DNA of 56,044 nucleotides, from IMG/VR virus record IMGVR_UViG_3300011114_001021, positions 1 through 56,044 of that record. One strand, written 5' to 3'. The stretch is from a virus (taxonomy: Duplodnaviria > Caudoviricetes). This document shows, one piece after another, positions 47,418 to 56,044 of the stretch (the first letter of the stretch is position 1; each line of letters opens with the position of its first letter). The position numbers and the translations under genes were made by a program. The notes under the pieces are model-generated. The model saw only the letters and a program-made list of their open reading frames with translations. It was not told the origin of the DNA and did no database searches.

Positions 47418-48079
47418 TCTTTCTTAGAGATGTGTCCACTTAAAACCGGCTTTGGATTTAATTTATTGTGATAAAATAGTTTTGCTTGTGAAGTCTCTAG
47501 AGATTCACAGATATGCTTAAAAGAAGAATCCACACAATGCAGCTCTCGAGCTTTTTCAATAAGAATGGAATAGTCAAAAATGTTATGTGAATATTCAGGC
47601 TTGACTTCTATTCTTTTCAATGATGGATCTATGCATACATCATCGATGCGCTGGATGCCATCGCTGGCAAACCCATGAATGAGTGCGTATGGTTCATTAT
47701 TCGGATTCAGTCTACTATATAGATCCAATTCAGAATCTGAATCACGTCTTATATGAAATTGAGACCAACGCTTTTCAAAATCGATTCCACATTGAATATA
47801 AAATGATTGATCCCATGTGACTCTATATGCCTGAATCAAAAAACTACAAAATGCAAATCCGATTCGAAGACATGGCACATTATACTTAAATGCTTCTTCA
47901 TCATCTTTGATTCCTATCAAATTCAAATTCTCTAAGTCTCTATACATATATGAGACACTATTGAGATTTTGATGTTTACAGAATAATCCAATAGGATGAT
48001 TTGATTTACAAAAGTCCCGCACAAGTCCATTGCATACTATATGATCGCCCAGTCCTAGATGATGATGTATGTAGAGCAT
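47402..48079 (-). CDS. GT9-like glycosyltransferase
   Basis: HLGLGDHIVCNG, ELHCVDSSF. Confidence 0.65.
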   Translation of the reverse strand: MLYIHHHLGLGDHIVCNGLVRDFCKSNHPIGLFCKHQNLNSVSYMYRDLENLNLIGIKDDEEAFKYNVPCLRIGFAFCSFLIQAYRVTWDQSFYIQCGIDFEKRWSQFHIRRDSDSELDLYSRLNPNNEPYALIHGFASDGIQRIDDVCIDPSLKRIEVKPEYSHNIFDYSILIEKARELHCVDSSFKHICESLETSQAKLFYHNKLNPKPVLSGHISKKDWQFV

Positions 48080-48081
48080 TG

Positions 48082-48708
48082 CTATTGAGAGGGTATGTTA
48101 TTGATAAATGGTTGTCCGACAAACGTACCACCATTTAAGATGGGCTGATGCATAGGAAACGGCTTCTTCTCGTAGAATGGATCATGAACACATACGTCAT
48201 TGTTCATGAATGGATATAAGTGAGCTAAGAACTGCTCGTCGCAGCCATATGATCCCCATTGATTCCATAGATCGATCAATGGAATGATCTTAAGAACATT
48301 AACACGTCCTCCCCACATGCCTGCCTGAATCGGCTTATTGTGATGAGGATGGTCGCGCATGAAGTGATATGTCTTACCAGTAGAGATCCACTCATCTACA
48401 GCAGCGCGTTCACGCCAGTTTAATCGAGAATCACAATCGCGAATCAGAAAGCGATTGACCGAAACATCATCATGCACTCGAAATCTCCATGAAGAACCAT
48501 AGAACGGTCCACGATCATTTGACATCAGATGAATGTCCACTCCATAGACTTCTTGAAATTTCAATCGCGTGTCAGTTGGAACCGTTTCATCACAGTAGAG
48601 ACGAAGCTTCCATTCAGGATAGATCAATGGCTGCAGTTTGAAGTTCTCTTCCGCGCCATTTAAGTACTTCTCTCCAGATCCCCACAGACTAAATGCAATT
48701 ACATTCAT
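48082..48708 (-). CDS. putative glycosyltransferase
   Basis: FSLWG, WRF, RDCDSR (DxD), MRDH, AGMWG. Confidence 0.6.
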   Translation of the reverse strand: MNVIAFSLWGSGEKYLNGAEENFKLQPLIYPEWKLRLYCDETVPTDTRLKFQEVYGVDIHLMSNDRGPFYGSSWRFRVHDDVSVNRFLIRDCDSRLNWRERAAVDEWISTGKTYHFMRDHPHHNKPIQAGMWGGRVNVLKIIPLIDLWNQWGSYGCDEQFLAHLYPFMNNDVCVHDPFYEKKPFPMHQPILNGGTFVGQPFINNIPSQ

Positions 48709-49448
48709 TGATTCTTAGAATTAAGGATAGCCATGCCAAGATCATTTTGCCAAATCTGTTCGCCGAGGAATCCGATCTGACCTGTATTCTTATCTTTACG
48801 ACAGCGAAGAAAGAAGGTTGTCATACGCTGAATGACATTGATGTCATCGAGCTCCATTACCGCACGTACGAGTGTCTCGTGATGCATTGGGCAACCTATA
48901 TCGAATAATTGTTGATGCTTATCGAAACATGTCATATATGACTTTGCCGCAGAATTGCCCATGATCGCAAATCGATCATTGACTCCAGAGAACGTAGACC
49001 ACCAAGGTGTAAGACAATCTTTGTCGCCGATCTTGGAATAGTCAGGCGCGATGAACTCTTGAAACCATAGATCAGGTCGAAGACGAACGATGATATCAAA
49101 TTCTTCAAGACCTTTTTCCTCTTGAAAAAATTCCCATCCACGCTTAAGTGACCAGTGTTGACGATAAAATCCTTGAGCTCCACCTTCAAAGCCGTAACCA
49201 GAAAACATCAGTTGATTAAAATTCGACGGCTCTTGAAATACTGGATCTTTGACGCGCTCAAACTTAAGAGGATAGTTTTTGCCTATTGCTTTTAACGTTT
49301 CTGAATCTGAGTCATCACAGATCGATGCAAAGAACGTAGGATTTGGTAGCTTACGATACACATACCAATTCTGATTCGCATGAACGTGCGCAAATGATCT
49401 GGCTTGTCCTGTAATAATAACGGCTGTTTTCATAAATTTATTTAGCAC
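48705..49448 (-). CDS. putative glycosyltransferase
   Basis: AVIITGQAR, DIIVRLRPD, NDRFA, HET. Confidence 0.55.
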   Translation of the reverse strand: MLNKFMKTAVIITGQARSFAHVHANQNWYVYRKLPNPTFFASICDDSDSETLKAIGKNYPLKFERVKDPVFQEPSNFNQLMFSGYGFEGGAQGFYRQHWSLKRGWEFFQEEKGLEEFDIIVRLRPDLWFQEFIAPDYSKIGDKDCLTPWWSTFSGVNDRFAIMGNSAAKSYMTCFDKHQQLFDIGCPMHHETLVRAVMELDDINVIQRMTTFFLRCRKDKNTGQIGFLGEQIWQNDLGMAILNSKNQ

Positions 49449-50394
49449 CTCTCAGAGCAAAGGTTATGGCTCGAGATGCTTCGGTTTCCATTCCACGATT
49501 CTTATACCATGATCCAGTATCTCGATCAAGTTCACGGCATAAACTCGCGATCTCCGTCGCCGTGATTGGATATCCTTTTCGTATAGCCGTCGCGGCGATT
49601 GACGACATGATCTTATACATTAGACCATACCATCCGGTCGATGAGATTGATTGATACTGCTGAATCAAATGCCTCTTCACAAAAGGACAATTTCGATATG
49701 ATGTCCAAGAATACTTATATGAGTTAGTTAATCGACTCTTCTGATATTTTTCAATGGACTTCTGCACATGTTCTGGAAGATTATCTAGAATGCCAGGCTG
49801 CGCTTTCTCGATGTAGAAGTATTTTGACATCAGCTCCGCAGGATTTAAAATAGGGGCTTCTCGATGTGAGAAAATAAAGTTATGTGCATCTGGATACTGC
49901 GCAGGCACGTAATACATTCGAGAAAGATCTTTGGTCTGCGGATCGGCCAAAGACTTAAACTGTTTGTTCAGAGCAAACCAGAAATGCCGAATCTTCTCGG
50001 CCGGCACAGAACATGTTAGAGGAAGAACTACTCGAAACTTAGGATGCTCTTTCTTTGAAGATGCCGATGAATAACAAACGTGCCGGCATCCTTTAAAGGC
50101 CGCGATCGCATCTTCGAATCCACCAGTCGGATACTCATCGACGTCGATCGCGGCCCATCCTCCCCAGCTTATCACGTTTGCATTGGCACGAGTCATTCCA
50201 GCCTGAAACGTAGCTGGAGTGATGAGTGGAGATGCATTCGCATTAAACTTCTCGTCTTTTCGAGGCTTGTAGCCAGGAGCCTTTGACAGATTATATAGAA
50301 GATCTTCGAGCTGATCGAACGATTCAAGCTCCATCTTGCGATGGGTCTTATTATCGAAGATCGACTTAAATATTGTCAGTGCTACCATGTGCAA
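49438..50394 (-). CDS. AEP primase-polymerase-like protein
   Basis: IDVDE, SSASS...PKFRVVLPL, D.SRMYYVP. Confidence 0.7.
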   Translation of the reverse strand: MHMVALTIFKSIFDNKTHRKMELESFDQLEDLLYNLSKAPGYKPRKDEKFNANASPLITPATFQAGMTRANANVISWGGWAAIDVDEYPTGGFEDAIAAFKGCRHVCYSSASSKKEHPKFRVVLPLTCSVPAEKIRHFWFALNKQFKSLADPQTKDLSRMYYVPAQYPDAHNFIFSHREAPILNPAELMSKYFYIEKAQPGILDNLPEHVQKSIEKYQKSRLTNSYKYSWTSYRNCPFVKRHLIQQYQSISSTGWYGLMYKIMSSIAATAIRKGYPITATEIASLCRELDRDTGSWYKNRGMETEASRAITFALRGAK

Positions 50395-50428
50395 CTAATG
50401 TACTTCAGATTGAATCAAATGTACAGCT

Positions 50429-50851
50429 TTATTTTTCAAAAGCCTTTGGAATGATTCCATGATTGCTTTTATGGGATGGTCCTTGCCAGCCCGTCGGCTT
50501 TATCAAATCTGGAAGTCCAAATGGATTCGGGCGTGAGGCTTTGATGCCAACTTCTTTATTCATATTAGCCACCAGAACTTCATGCCAAGCTTTATTCGCA
50601 TCGACGCCATAGGCTTCTAAGGTACCGATGGCCACTACACAGAGATCAATGAGCGCATCAACAATCTCTTCAGAATCATGATTTTCAATAGCCGCCATTC
50701 CTTCAGAGAGTTCTTCTTGAAGAAAATCAAATCGAAATTTAAGATACGCATTAAGTTTTTCAGAATCAAATTTCGCCGTCGCAATCGTCACTCCATACTT
50801 CTCATGCATGCGCGCAATATCTTCTGGCCAGTTCGTATTATTACTATTCAT
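50429..50851 (-). CDS. MazG/PRA-PH-like NTP pyrophosphohydrolase
   Basis: EELSE...EIVDALID, V..ANM.K, KP.GW.GP. Confidence 0.8.
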   Translation of the reverse strand: MNSNNTNWPEDIARMHEKYGVTIATAKFDSEKLNAYLKFRFDFLQEELSEGMAAIENHDSEEIVDALIDLCVVAIGTLEAYGVDANKAWHEVLVANMNKEVGIKASRPNPFGLPDLIKPTGWQGPSHKSNHGIIPKAFEK

Positions 50852-50857
50852 ATTGTT

Positions 50858-51076
50858 TTATTCCAGACGGAGATTGTTTTCTTCAAGTGCAGTATAAAGC
50901 AACTCGCGCGTTACGGTAAGCGCGTGTACCGACTCAGCCGACAGATCGCTATATTTAAGTTGATCGCGCAGATGTTTAGCAACCATGTCGACAACGGCTT
51001 TCCAGCCGCCCGCATCGGTAGCCGTCAAAAATTCTTTATTGTCTTCAGGTAGATTGAATTCGAGTATTGCTTTCAT
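50858..51076 (-). CDS. hypothetical protein
   Basis: MKAILEFNLPED motif. Confidence 0.7.
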   Translation of the reverse strand: MKAILEFNLPEDNKEFLTATDAGGWKAVVDMVAKHLRDQLKYSDLSAESVHALTVTRELLYTALEENNLRLE

Positions 51077-51107
51077 ATAGTTGTTTAGTTGATGTTTTCA
51101 TAATAAA

Positions 51108-53663
51108 TTATCCAAAGAATTCTTCGAGACTTCCACCATCTTCCGACGTCCACCCAATTGATTTCAAGATAATCTGGAGAGGTTCAAGGAAAGTCTTCTC
51201 AAACTGTTTGTCGTAGTCAACATATTTATGAAGACCGAACTCTAAAGGCAGGTCCGTTACGGCTGGAAACGATATCACGTTTTCTTGAAGTTCATTTGGC
51301 ACTCTAAGATAGATGAATCGGATTTTGTCTCCGGATTGAATTTTACGACAGCTCGATGAAAGTCCTTTAGCTTCTATCAAATGATTGTGGAGCAGAGAAC
51401 CACGGACATGAATTGGCGTGCCCTTCTGATAAATCTCAGATTTACTTTCCCAACTATCGATATCTGAAACTCCTCGAGGAAAGGCTACTTCAACTGGCCG
51501 CAACTTTGAGAAGCGCTCCTTGAATTCGGCGATTGAATCCTGAGTCTTTTTCTTATCGCCCGTCATAATAATCTTGAACATGCGTTTCATTTCTCCACGG
51601 CATATTGCGGGGGTCGAAGACTTGATGGCTTCAATGCCCATGATCTTCAACTTGGGTTCTGAATATCGAAGACCTTCATTATCCAGAACATTGAGAATGT
51701 AACGCTTCTTAGCCGTCCATACCGCGCGATCCGCGATAGCCTCGCGCTTCATGACCATCCGATTTGTGTAGGCACATGTAGCCAGAGCAAACTTATTGAA
51801 TACCGATTCGAGTTCTGGAGCAATACCCTTCTCATAGAACTCATCGAGAAACTTGATCGGATCATTTGGATTGAATTTCCCAATGACATCCGCCAGAGTC
51901 ACATATACGGAATCGGTGTCAACGGCCAACACTCGATCTTTATCCGTGCCCACTATTTTTGATACGTACCGATTGACCGCACCTTCGGCCAGTCGAATCG
52001 CCGCCTGGCCGGAGAGAGTAACGGCTTTGGCAACTTCGATGTTGAAGTAGCGGAAATATTTGTTTCCAATAGCCCCATAGAGACTGTTGAGAAGAATTTT
52101 GATAGCCAGCTGTTCCGTATCAAGTTTGGTGATTGTTTTTTCAATAGAGACGCGCTCAATTGAATCCTTTGCCAATGCTTCCAATTTCTTTTTATAGCCG
52201 CCAGCTTCCTTCTTAACCTTCACACGACGATCATAGAGCTCTTCGATGAGAATCGGAATGATGCCCTTGATGTCTTTACGAAAACATGCACCATTGGCGG
52301 CCACACAAATTTCAGGATCTTCATCGAATAACGCTTTACCATTCAGAACCCGATCAACGATTATGTCCGGATTCACATCCATTTTAGTCTGTGCGATGTA
52401 AGTCTCGGGCGACATATTATATTGCACGATCAGATTTGGATATTCTGAATTGACGTCTGATGAAACTACCCACGCGTGCATTCCTTCTTGCACATCCTTC
52501 ACGTAACCGCCAGCATATTGAGCGACATGGGCAGGAGGCTCAGGTTGGAATGGAACGATGATGTTTTTATTCGCGAGCTTTCGATAGACGATTGCATCCC
52601 AGATCGCTGTCGTTCCTAGTGTGTCCGCGTAGTTCACGCCACCCATGTAAGCCATCATCAATACGAGTTGAATGAGGCCGAGTTTCTCTTCGAGGCGATC
52701 GACAAGTTCAACATCGACGATATTATAGTTAATGAAGTTCTGATGGTCCGCGTGATATAAATCATCAAGCGTGCCTTCATATTCAAGTTTATTTGCATCT
52801 AGAACAACTTTGGCAATATGATTCAGAGTATATTGTTCTTGTGCTCCATATGTGTAAGCAAACTTCTGAAAGAGGTCCATGTAATCGAGCTGCTGAATTC
52901 CAACGAGCTCACACATTAGCTGTGCTTTCCCTCGGAGCTTCACCTCTTTCCTTTCAACTAAGTTCCATGGACTCATCATTCTGGCTGCCTCATTGCCGCC
53001 GAGATTTGTGATTCGAGTGACTAGATATGGAATATCAAAGGCTCGAACGTTCCAACCGGTGATAATATCCGGTGAATTGTCCGGATGAATCCACCAACGA
53101 AGAAAATCTTCGAGCATCTGACCTTCAGTTTTAAACTGACGATAGTCGATTGCATATCGTGTTGTGATAGCCTTCGAAGAGTCGTAGGGTTTCAAACCCC
53201 ACGTATGACACGTGTTATCTGTTGAATTCTTTACCGTGATAGCCGTGATTGGATTTTTAGCTTCATCGACTTCAGAATAACCCCATGCTTCTTTACCCAC
53301 CTCGATGTCGAGTGTGCAGATTCGAATAAGCGCTGGAAGATATGGAACCGTCAGCGGAAATTGGGAGTAGATGAATGCTGGAATGTGCCGATCATTTCCA
53401 TACACTTTAAAACTTGGAACATCTTTATACGTCTCAACAAACTTTCTAGATTCGGACATCGAATCGAAATGCATTTCCTCAACTGGCGTGCTATCGAGCG
53501 CTCGAAGCTTTGTCCTTGAAGGATCTTTAGATTCGAGGTAAAAAGTCGGACGATATCGAACCTTCTCTTGAACTCGATTTCCCTTTCTATCATAACCACG
53601 AACCAGCAGCATATTCATCGACCTGGCAACAGACGTGTAAAATTGAAGATCTAGTTTAGGCAC
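51108..53663 (-). CDS. 43: family B DNA polymerase (T4 gp43-like)
   Basis: Exonuclease DIE, GWN..FD, YN..D; polymerase D..SEYP, K..LNSLYG, DTDS, KKRY. Confidence 0.97.
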   Translation of the reverse strand: MPKLDLQFYTSVARSMNMLLVRGYDRKGNRVQEKVRYRPTFYLESKDPSRTKLRALDSTPVEEMHFDSMSESRKFVETYKDVPSFKVYGNDRHIPAFIYSQFPLTVPYLPALIRICTLDIEVGKEAWGYSEVDEAKNPITAITVKNSTDNTCHTWGLKPYDSSKAITTRYAIDYRQFKTEGQMLEDFLRWWIHPDNSPDIITGWNVRAFDIPYLVTRITNLGGNEAARMMSPWNLVERKEVKLRGKAQLMCELVGIQQLDYMDLFQKFAYTYGAQEQYTLNHIAKVVLDANKLEYEGTLDDLYHADHQNFINYNIVDVELVDRLEEKLGLIQLVLMMAYMGGVNYADTLGTTAIWDAIVYRKLANKNIIVPFQPEPPAHVAQYAGGYVKDVQEGMHAWVVSSDVNSEYPNLIVQYNMSPETYIAQTKMDVNPDIIVDRVLNGKALFDEDPEICVAANGACFRKDIKGIIPILIEELYDRRVKVKKEAGGYKKKLEALAKDSIERVSIEKTITKLDTEQLAIKILLNSLYGAIGNKYFRYFNIEVAKAVTLSGQAAIRLAEGAVNRYVSKIVGTDKDRVLAVDTDSVYVTLADVIGKFNPNDPIKFLDEFYEKGIAPELESVFNKFALATCAYTNRMVMKREAIADRAVWTAKKRYILNVLDNEGLRYSEPKLKIMGIEAIKSSTPAICRGEMKRMFKIIMTGDKKKTQDSIAEFKERFSKLRPVEVAFPRGVSDIDSWESKSEIYQKGTPIHVRGSLLHNHLIEAKGLSSSCRKIQSGDKIRFIYLRVPNELQENVISFPAVTDLPLEFGLHKYVDYDKQFEKTFLEPLQIILKSIGWTSEDGGSLEEFFG

Positions 53664-53669
53664 TTGATC

Positions 53670-53724
53670 AGTATATCATAAAGGTCTGTGAAGTAAACAA
53701 CCAAATTACTTCACAGACCTTTAT
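53670..53724 (-). promoter_or_regulatory. gp43 promoter embedded in 19-bp inverted repeat
   Basis: GTTTAC-17-TATACT; IR arms 53678-53696 and 53706-53724. Confidence 0.75.
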
Positions 53725-53805
53725 TTTTACGATGATGCGCTTTTACTGATCGGTGAAAGAACGCGGTTTCAGTAAACTATTTCTCGAGGAATTTGAATTC
53801 GAATA

Positions 53806-54183
53806 CTAGTATTGGGAAATACTTTTGAAAAGTTTTTGCCAATCACTCGGCATATCTTCAAATTCAATCACGTAAGCTTTGATGTAAGGTATCTTATTAT
53901 TGATTGCTTTTTGCAAACGATGATGACCATCTGGAATTTGATATCTGCCGGCAGTTTTTTTTAAGACGATGATCGGATAATCCAGGTTGGATTTTTCAAT
54001 TCTGTCCAACACATGAGGAAGAGTTTTGTACTTATGAGCGGCATACGGTTCAAGGATCTCCACGGCAATTTCTTGTACTGGCACCGGCTTTCGTTTAATT
54101 AGATCAAATACATCTTTTATAGTCACAATGACCACTCTGTCGTCAATGACGTCTTTCCAATAGGCATATTCCCAATTACTCAT
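53806..54183 (-). CDS. ParB/Srx-like domain protein
   Basis: YPIIV...DGHHRL.KA. Confidence 0.75.
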   Translation of the reverse strand: MSNWEYAYWKDVIDDRVVIVTIKDVFDLIKRKPVPVQEIAVEILEPYAAHKYKTLPHVLDRIEKSNLDYPIIVLKKTAGRYQIPDGHHRLQKAINNKIPYIKAYVIEFEDMPSDWQKLFKSISQY

Positions 54184-54222
54184 ATAAGTGTCATATATTA
54201 AAACATTTCGCGCCGCTTCGAC

Positions 54223-55368
54223 TCAGTAAAACTTGGAGACAGCAACTTTGCCATGCTTGTAAAAATCATGTTGACCGATCGTATATGTTTTTTCAAATTG
54301 ATTGGCCCATTTGGGCATCGCCAACTTTGGATTGAAGTAGAAGTCGCTGCCTCCAGTGATGTCCTGCAGCTTACCATCTTTAGCCTGCTGAATCAAAAGC
54401 ATAGCATCTTTCCAACGAGCATGAGCTTTCGCTTTGTGCACAACAAACTTGATCTGATCACGTTTTCCATTCCACATCGAAAACTGATATGGTTTAAGAC
54501 AGACGGCGCCAACTTTGGAGAAGTCGCCCCGAGCACGATTCATGATGACATTGGCGACGGCTTGCATGCCTTTAATGCCTTCACCGCCAGCTTCTCCAAT
54601 TAAAGTGGAGGCAAAGATATTCATATTCTCAGTCTCCGAGCGCACAATAGGCACGCTAGCACGTGCTGCAGGACGTGCTGCAGGACGTGCTGCAGGACGT
54701 GCTGCAGGACGTTTGACAGGCACTGTCATGCTGGCTCCAGACGCATCTGGAAGAGCTCCAGGGCCTGTCAGGGCTCCCAAGGCCATCATTCCACCTGCTA
54801 TTCCAGCTCTCCAGTTCTCCCCCAGGCTCTTTTTGTCCTGAGGCGATTGCATATACTGCTTCAGCTCAGAAATCGTTCTGAGAGCGTCCTGGTGATGAAT
54901 TCCTATGCCTCCACGGCTTTTCCAAACTAGGATGTTTTCCTCCAGATCATCGATTAAAATATACCCGGGCTTGGCCCAGTATTTTTTATCTGTTCCACGA
55001 TCGGCTACGATAACCTCGATGGAACCTCCAAGTTCTCTGGCACACCATGCTTTTTTTCCTATCTGGGCGAGATTCCCGGTCCGAGAAGTCGCTCCAGCCG
55101 AAAGAATTATAGGATTGAATTGACGTATAAATTCCCAAAGCTTATGTCCATCGGAAAGCCATTCGAGATTTTCCCACCAAGTAGATCCACCATGATTTAT
55201 CAGGCGCCAAACTTCCTCGAAGCCTAAATCACGAAGCGCATCATTCCAATCCTTTCCTCCGGAAAGCTGTCGAAATGCTCCGAGGAAATCAACTAGAACA
55301 CCATCCAAATCGCAATAGATTTTCAAATCTGAGCTCGAATTCTCTGGCGACAATTTAGACGTATCCAT
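54223..55368 (-). CDS. HAD 5'-nucleotidase fused to SleB-like cell wall hydrolase
   Basis: IYCDLDGVLVDF...LIDD...W...GG.GI; then GEAGGE...AVANVIMNR...QFSMW...P.W...IG.H.FY. Confidence 0.8.
   Translation of the reverse strand: MDTSKLSPENSSSDLKIYCDLDGVLVDFLGAFRQLSGGKDWNDALRDLGFEEVWRLINHGGSTWWENLEWLSDGHKLWEFIRQFNPIILSAGATSRTGNLAQIGKKAWCARELGGSIEVIVADRGTDKKYWAKPGYILIDDLEENILVWKSRGGIGIHHQDALRTISELKQYMQSPQDKKSLGENWRAGIAGGMMALGALTGPGALPDASGASMTVPVKRPAARPAARPAARPAARASVPIVRSETENMNIFASTLIGEAGGEGIKGMQAVANVIMNRARGDFSKVGAVCLKPYQFSMWNGKRDQIKFVVHKAKAHARWKDAMLLIQQAKDGKLQDITGGSDFYFNPKLAMPKWANQFEKTYTIGQHDFYKHGKVAVSKFY
54661..54712 (-). repeat. 12-bp tandem repeat x4 (RPAA linker)
   Basis: acgtgctgcagg repeated. 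Confidence 0.9.
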
Positions 55369-55390
55369 TATGGTATTTATCGCTGTCGAA

Positions 55391-55849
55391 TTAAAGTTTT
55401 CTTTTTACGCAACCAATTTTATACTTCGGAATCAAACTCCAATCGCTTTTTTCCTTATGGGAAATAATTTTAATTTGTCGAAGAGATGATCTTTGCTGCA
55501 TTTCTGATGGCTTTACAATTGTGAGCAATCCCCAATCTGAAAGCAATTGAGCGATCGTATTTCGCCGGCCCAAATCATCGATGCTGAAATCTGATGGCTT
55601 ACCATCTAGCATGAACAGTTCTTTGAAGTGAACAATGACGTAGCGCCCTTGCTTATGTAGAATATGGCATGACTGATAGAGAGTGTTGACTTCACGTTGA
55701 GATGCAACACCAATTCGAGTAAGGGTTTCTCGAATTTTCAGAAAATCGTCTGGCTCATCGAATACCACCTCCAACATAGTCTGTGGAGTCCACGGCGCCA
55801 GACCTTCCGATATATCGGACAATTTAGCGCTCATTGAAAGATAAGCCAT
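55391..55849 (-). CDS. regA: translational repressor RegA
   Basis: DDFLKIRETLTRIG.A, LYQSCHILHKQG.Y.IVHFKE. Confidence 0.95.
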   Translation of the reverse strand: MAYLSMSAKLSDISEGLAPWTPQTMLEVVFDEPDDFLKIRETLTRIGVASQREVNTLYQSCHILHKQGRYVIVHFKELFMLDGKPSDFSIDDLGRRNTIAQLLSDWGLLTIVKPSEMQQRSSLRQIKIISHKEKSDWSLIPKYKIGCVKRKL

Positions 55850-55884
55850 AACGAAATTTCATTATGACAGTATTTATCTATTGG

Positions 55885-56044
55885 CTATTTTCCACCGATA
55901 TCCATCGATTGCCTGAGCAGAGCCAATGAAGCCGGCGAAAATAGGTGAAGGACATGCCGAGCTTTGTCAGAAGAATATCCATAGGCTCGCTTGATTAGAG
56001 CTAGATCATCGGGCTCTTCATTCTTGAACCACTTCGAAAAACGT
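55885..56044 (-). CDS. 62: clamp loader small subunit (gp62), C-terminal fragment
   Basis: Manual translation RFSKWFK...YGYSSDKA...IGGK*, upstream of regA as in T4. Confidence 0.85.
   Translation of the reverse strand, partial: RFSKWFKNEEPDDLALIKRAYGYSSDKARHVLHLFSPASLALLRQSMDIGGK

Overview
This is a 56 kb segment of a large T4-like (myovirus-type) bacteriophage genome, encoded almost entirely on the minus strand. Recognisable core genes, right to left, are a gp62 clamp-loader fragment, regA, gp43 DNA polymerase, uvsX, a gp40-like gene, gp41 helicase and nrdB/nrdA. Five accessory blocks lie between them. (1) A glycan-synthesis cluster (41.8-49.4 kb). (2) A tRNA region (38.2-40.3 kb) with five normal tRNAs, a tRNA-Arg-like RNA carrying a 52-nt structured D-loop insertion, three further structured non-coding elements and a GC-rich, host-like gmd gene. 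(3) A candidate DNA base-hypermodification cluster (28.5-37.2 kb): gp42-type dCMP hydroxymethylase, dCMP deaminase, Nmad1, two helical transferase-like proteins, a frameshifted PLP enzyme, an SGNH-like protein and a C5 methyltransferase. (4) About 16 kb of late-promoter genes whose products carry capsid-targeting and LxE protease motifs, probably internal head or ejected proteins (9.2-25.5 kb). (5) Small early genes behind repeated promoter cassettes. A family of Gly-X repeat peptides shares a conserved 'EDSQNSH(S/G)DG' leader at three loci. All calls come from reading motifs by eye; no database search or folding program was run.
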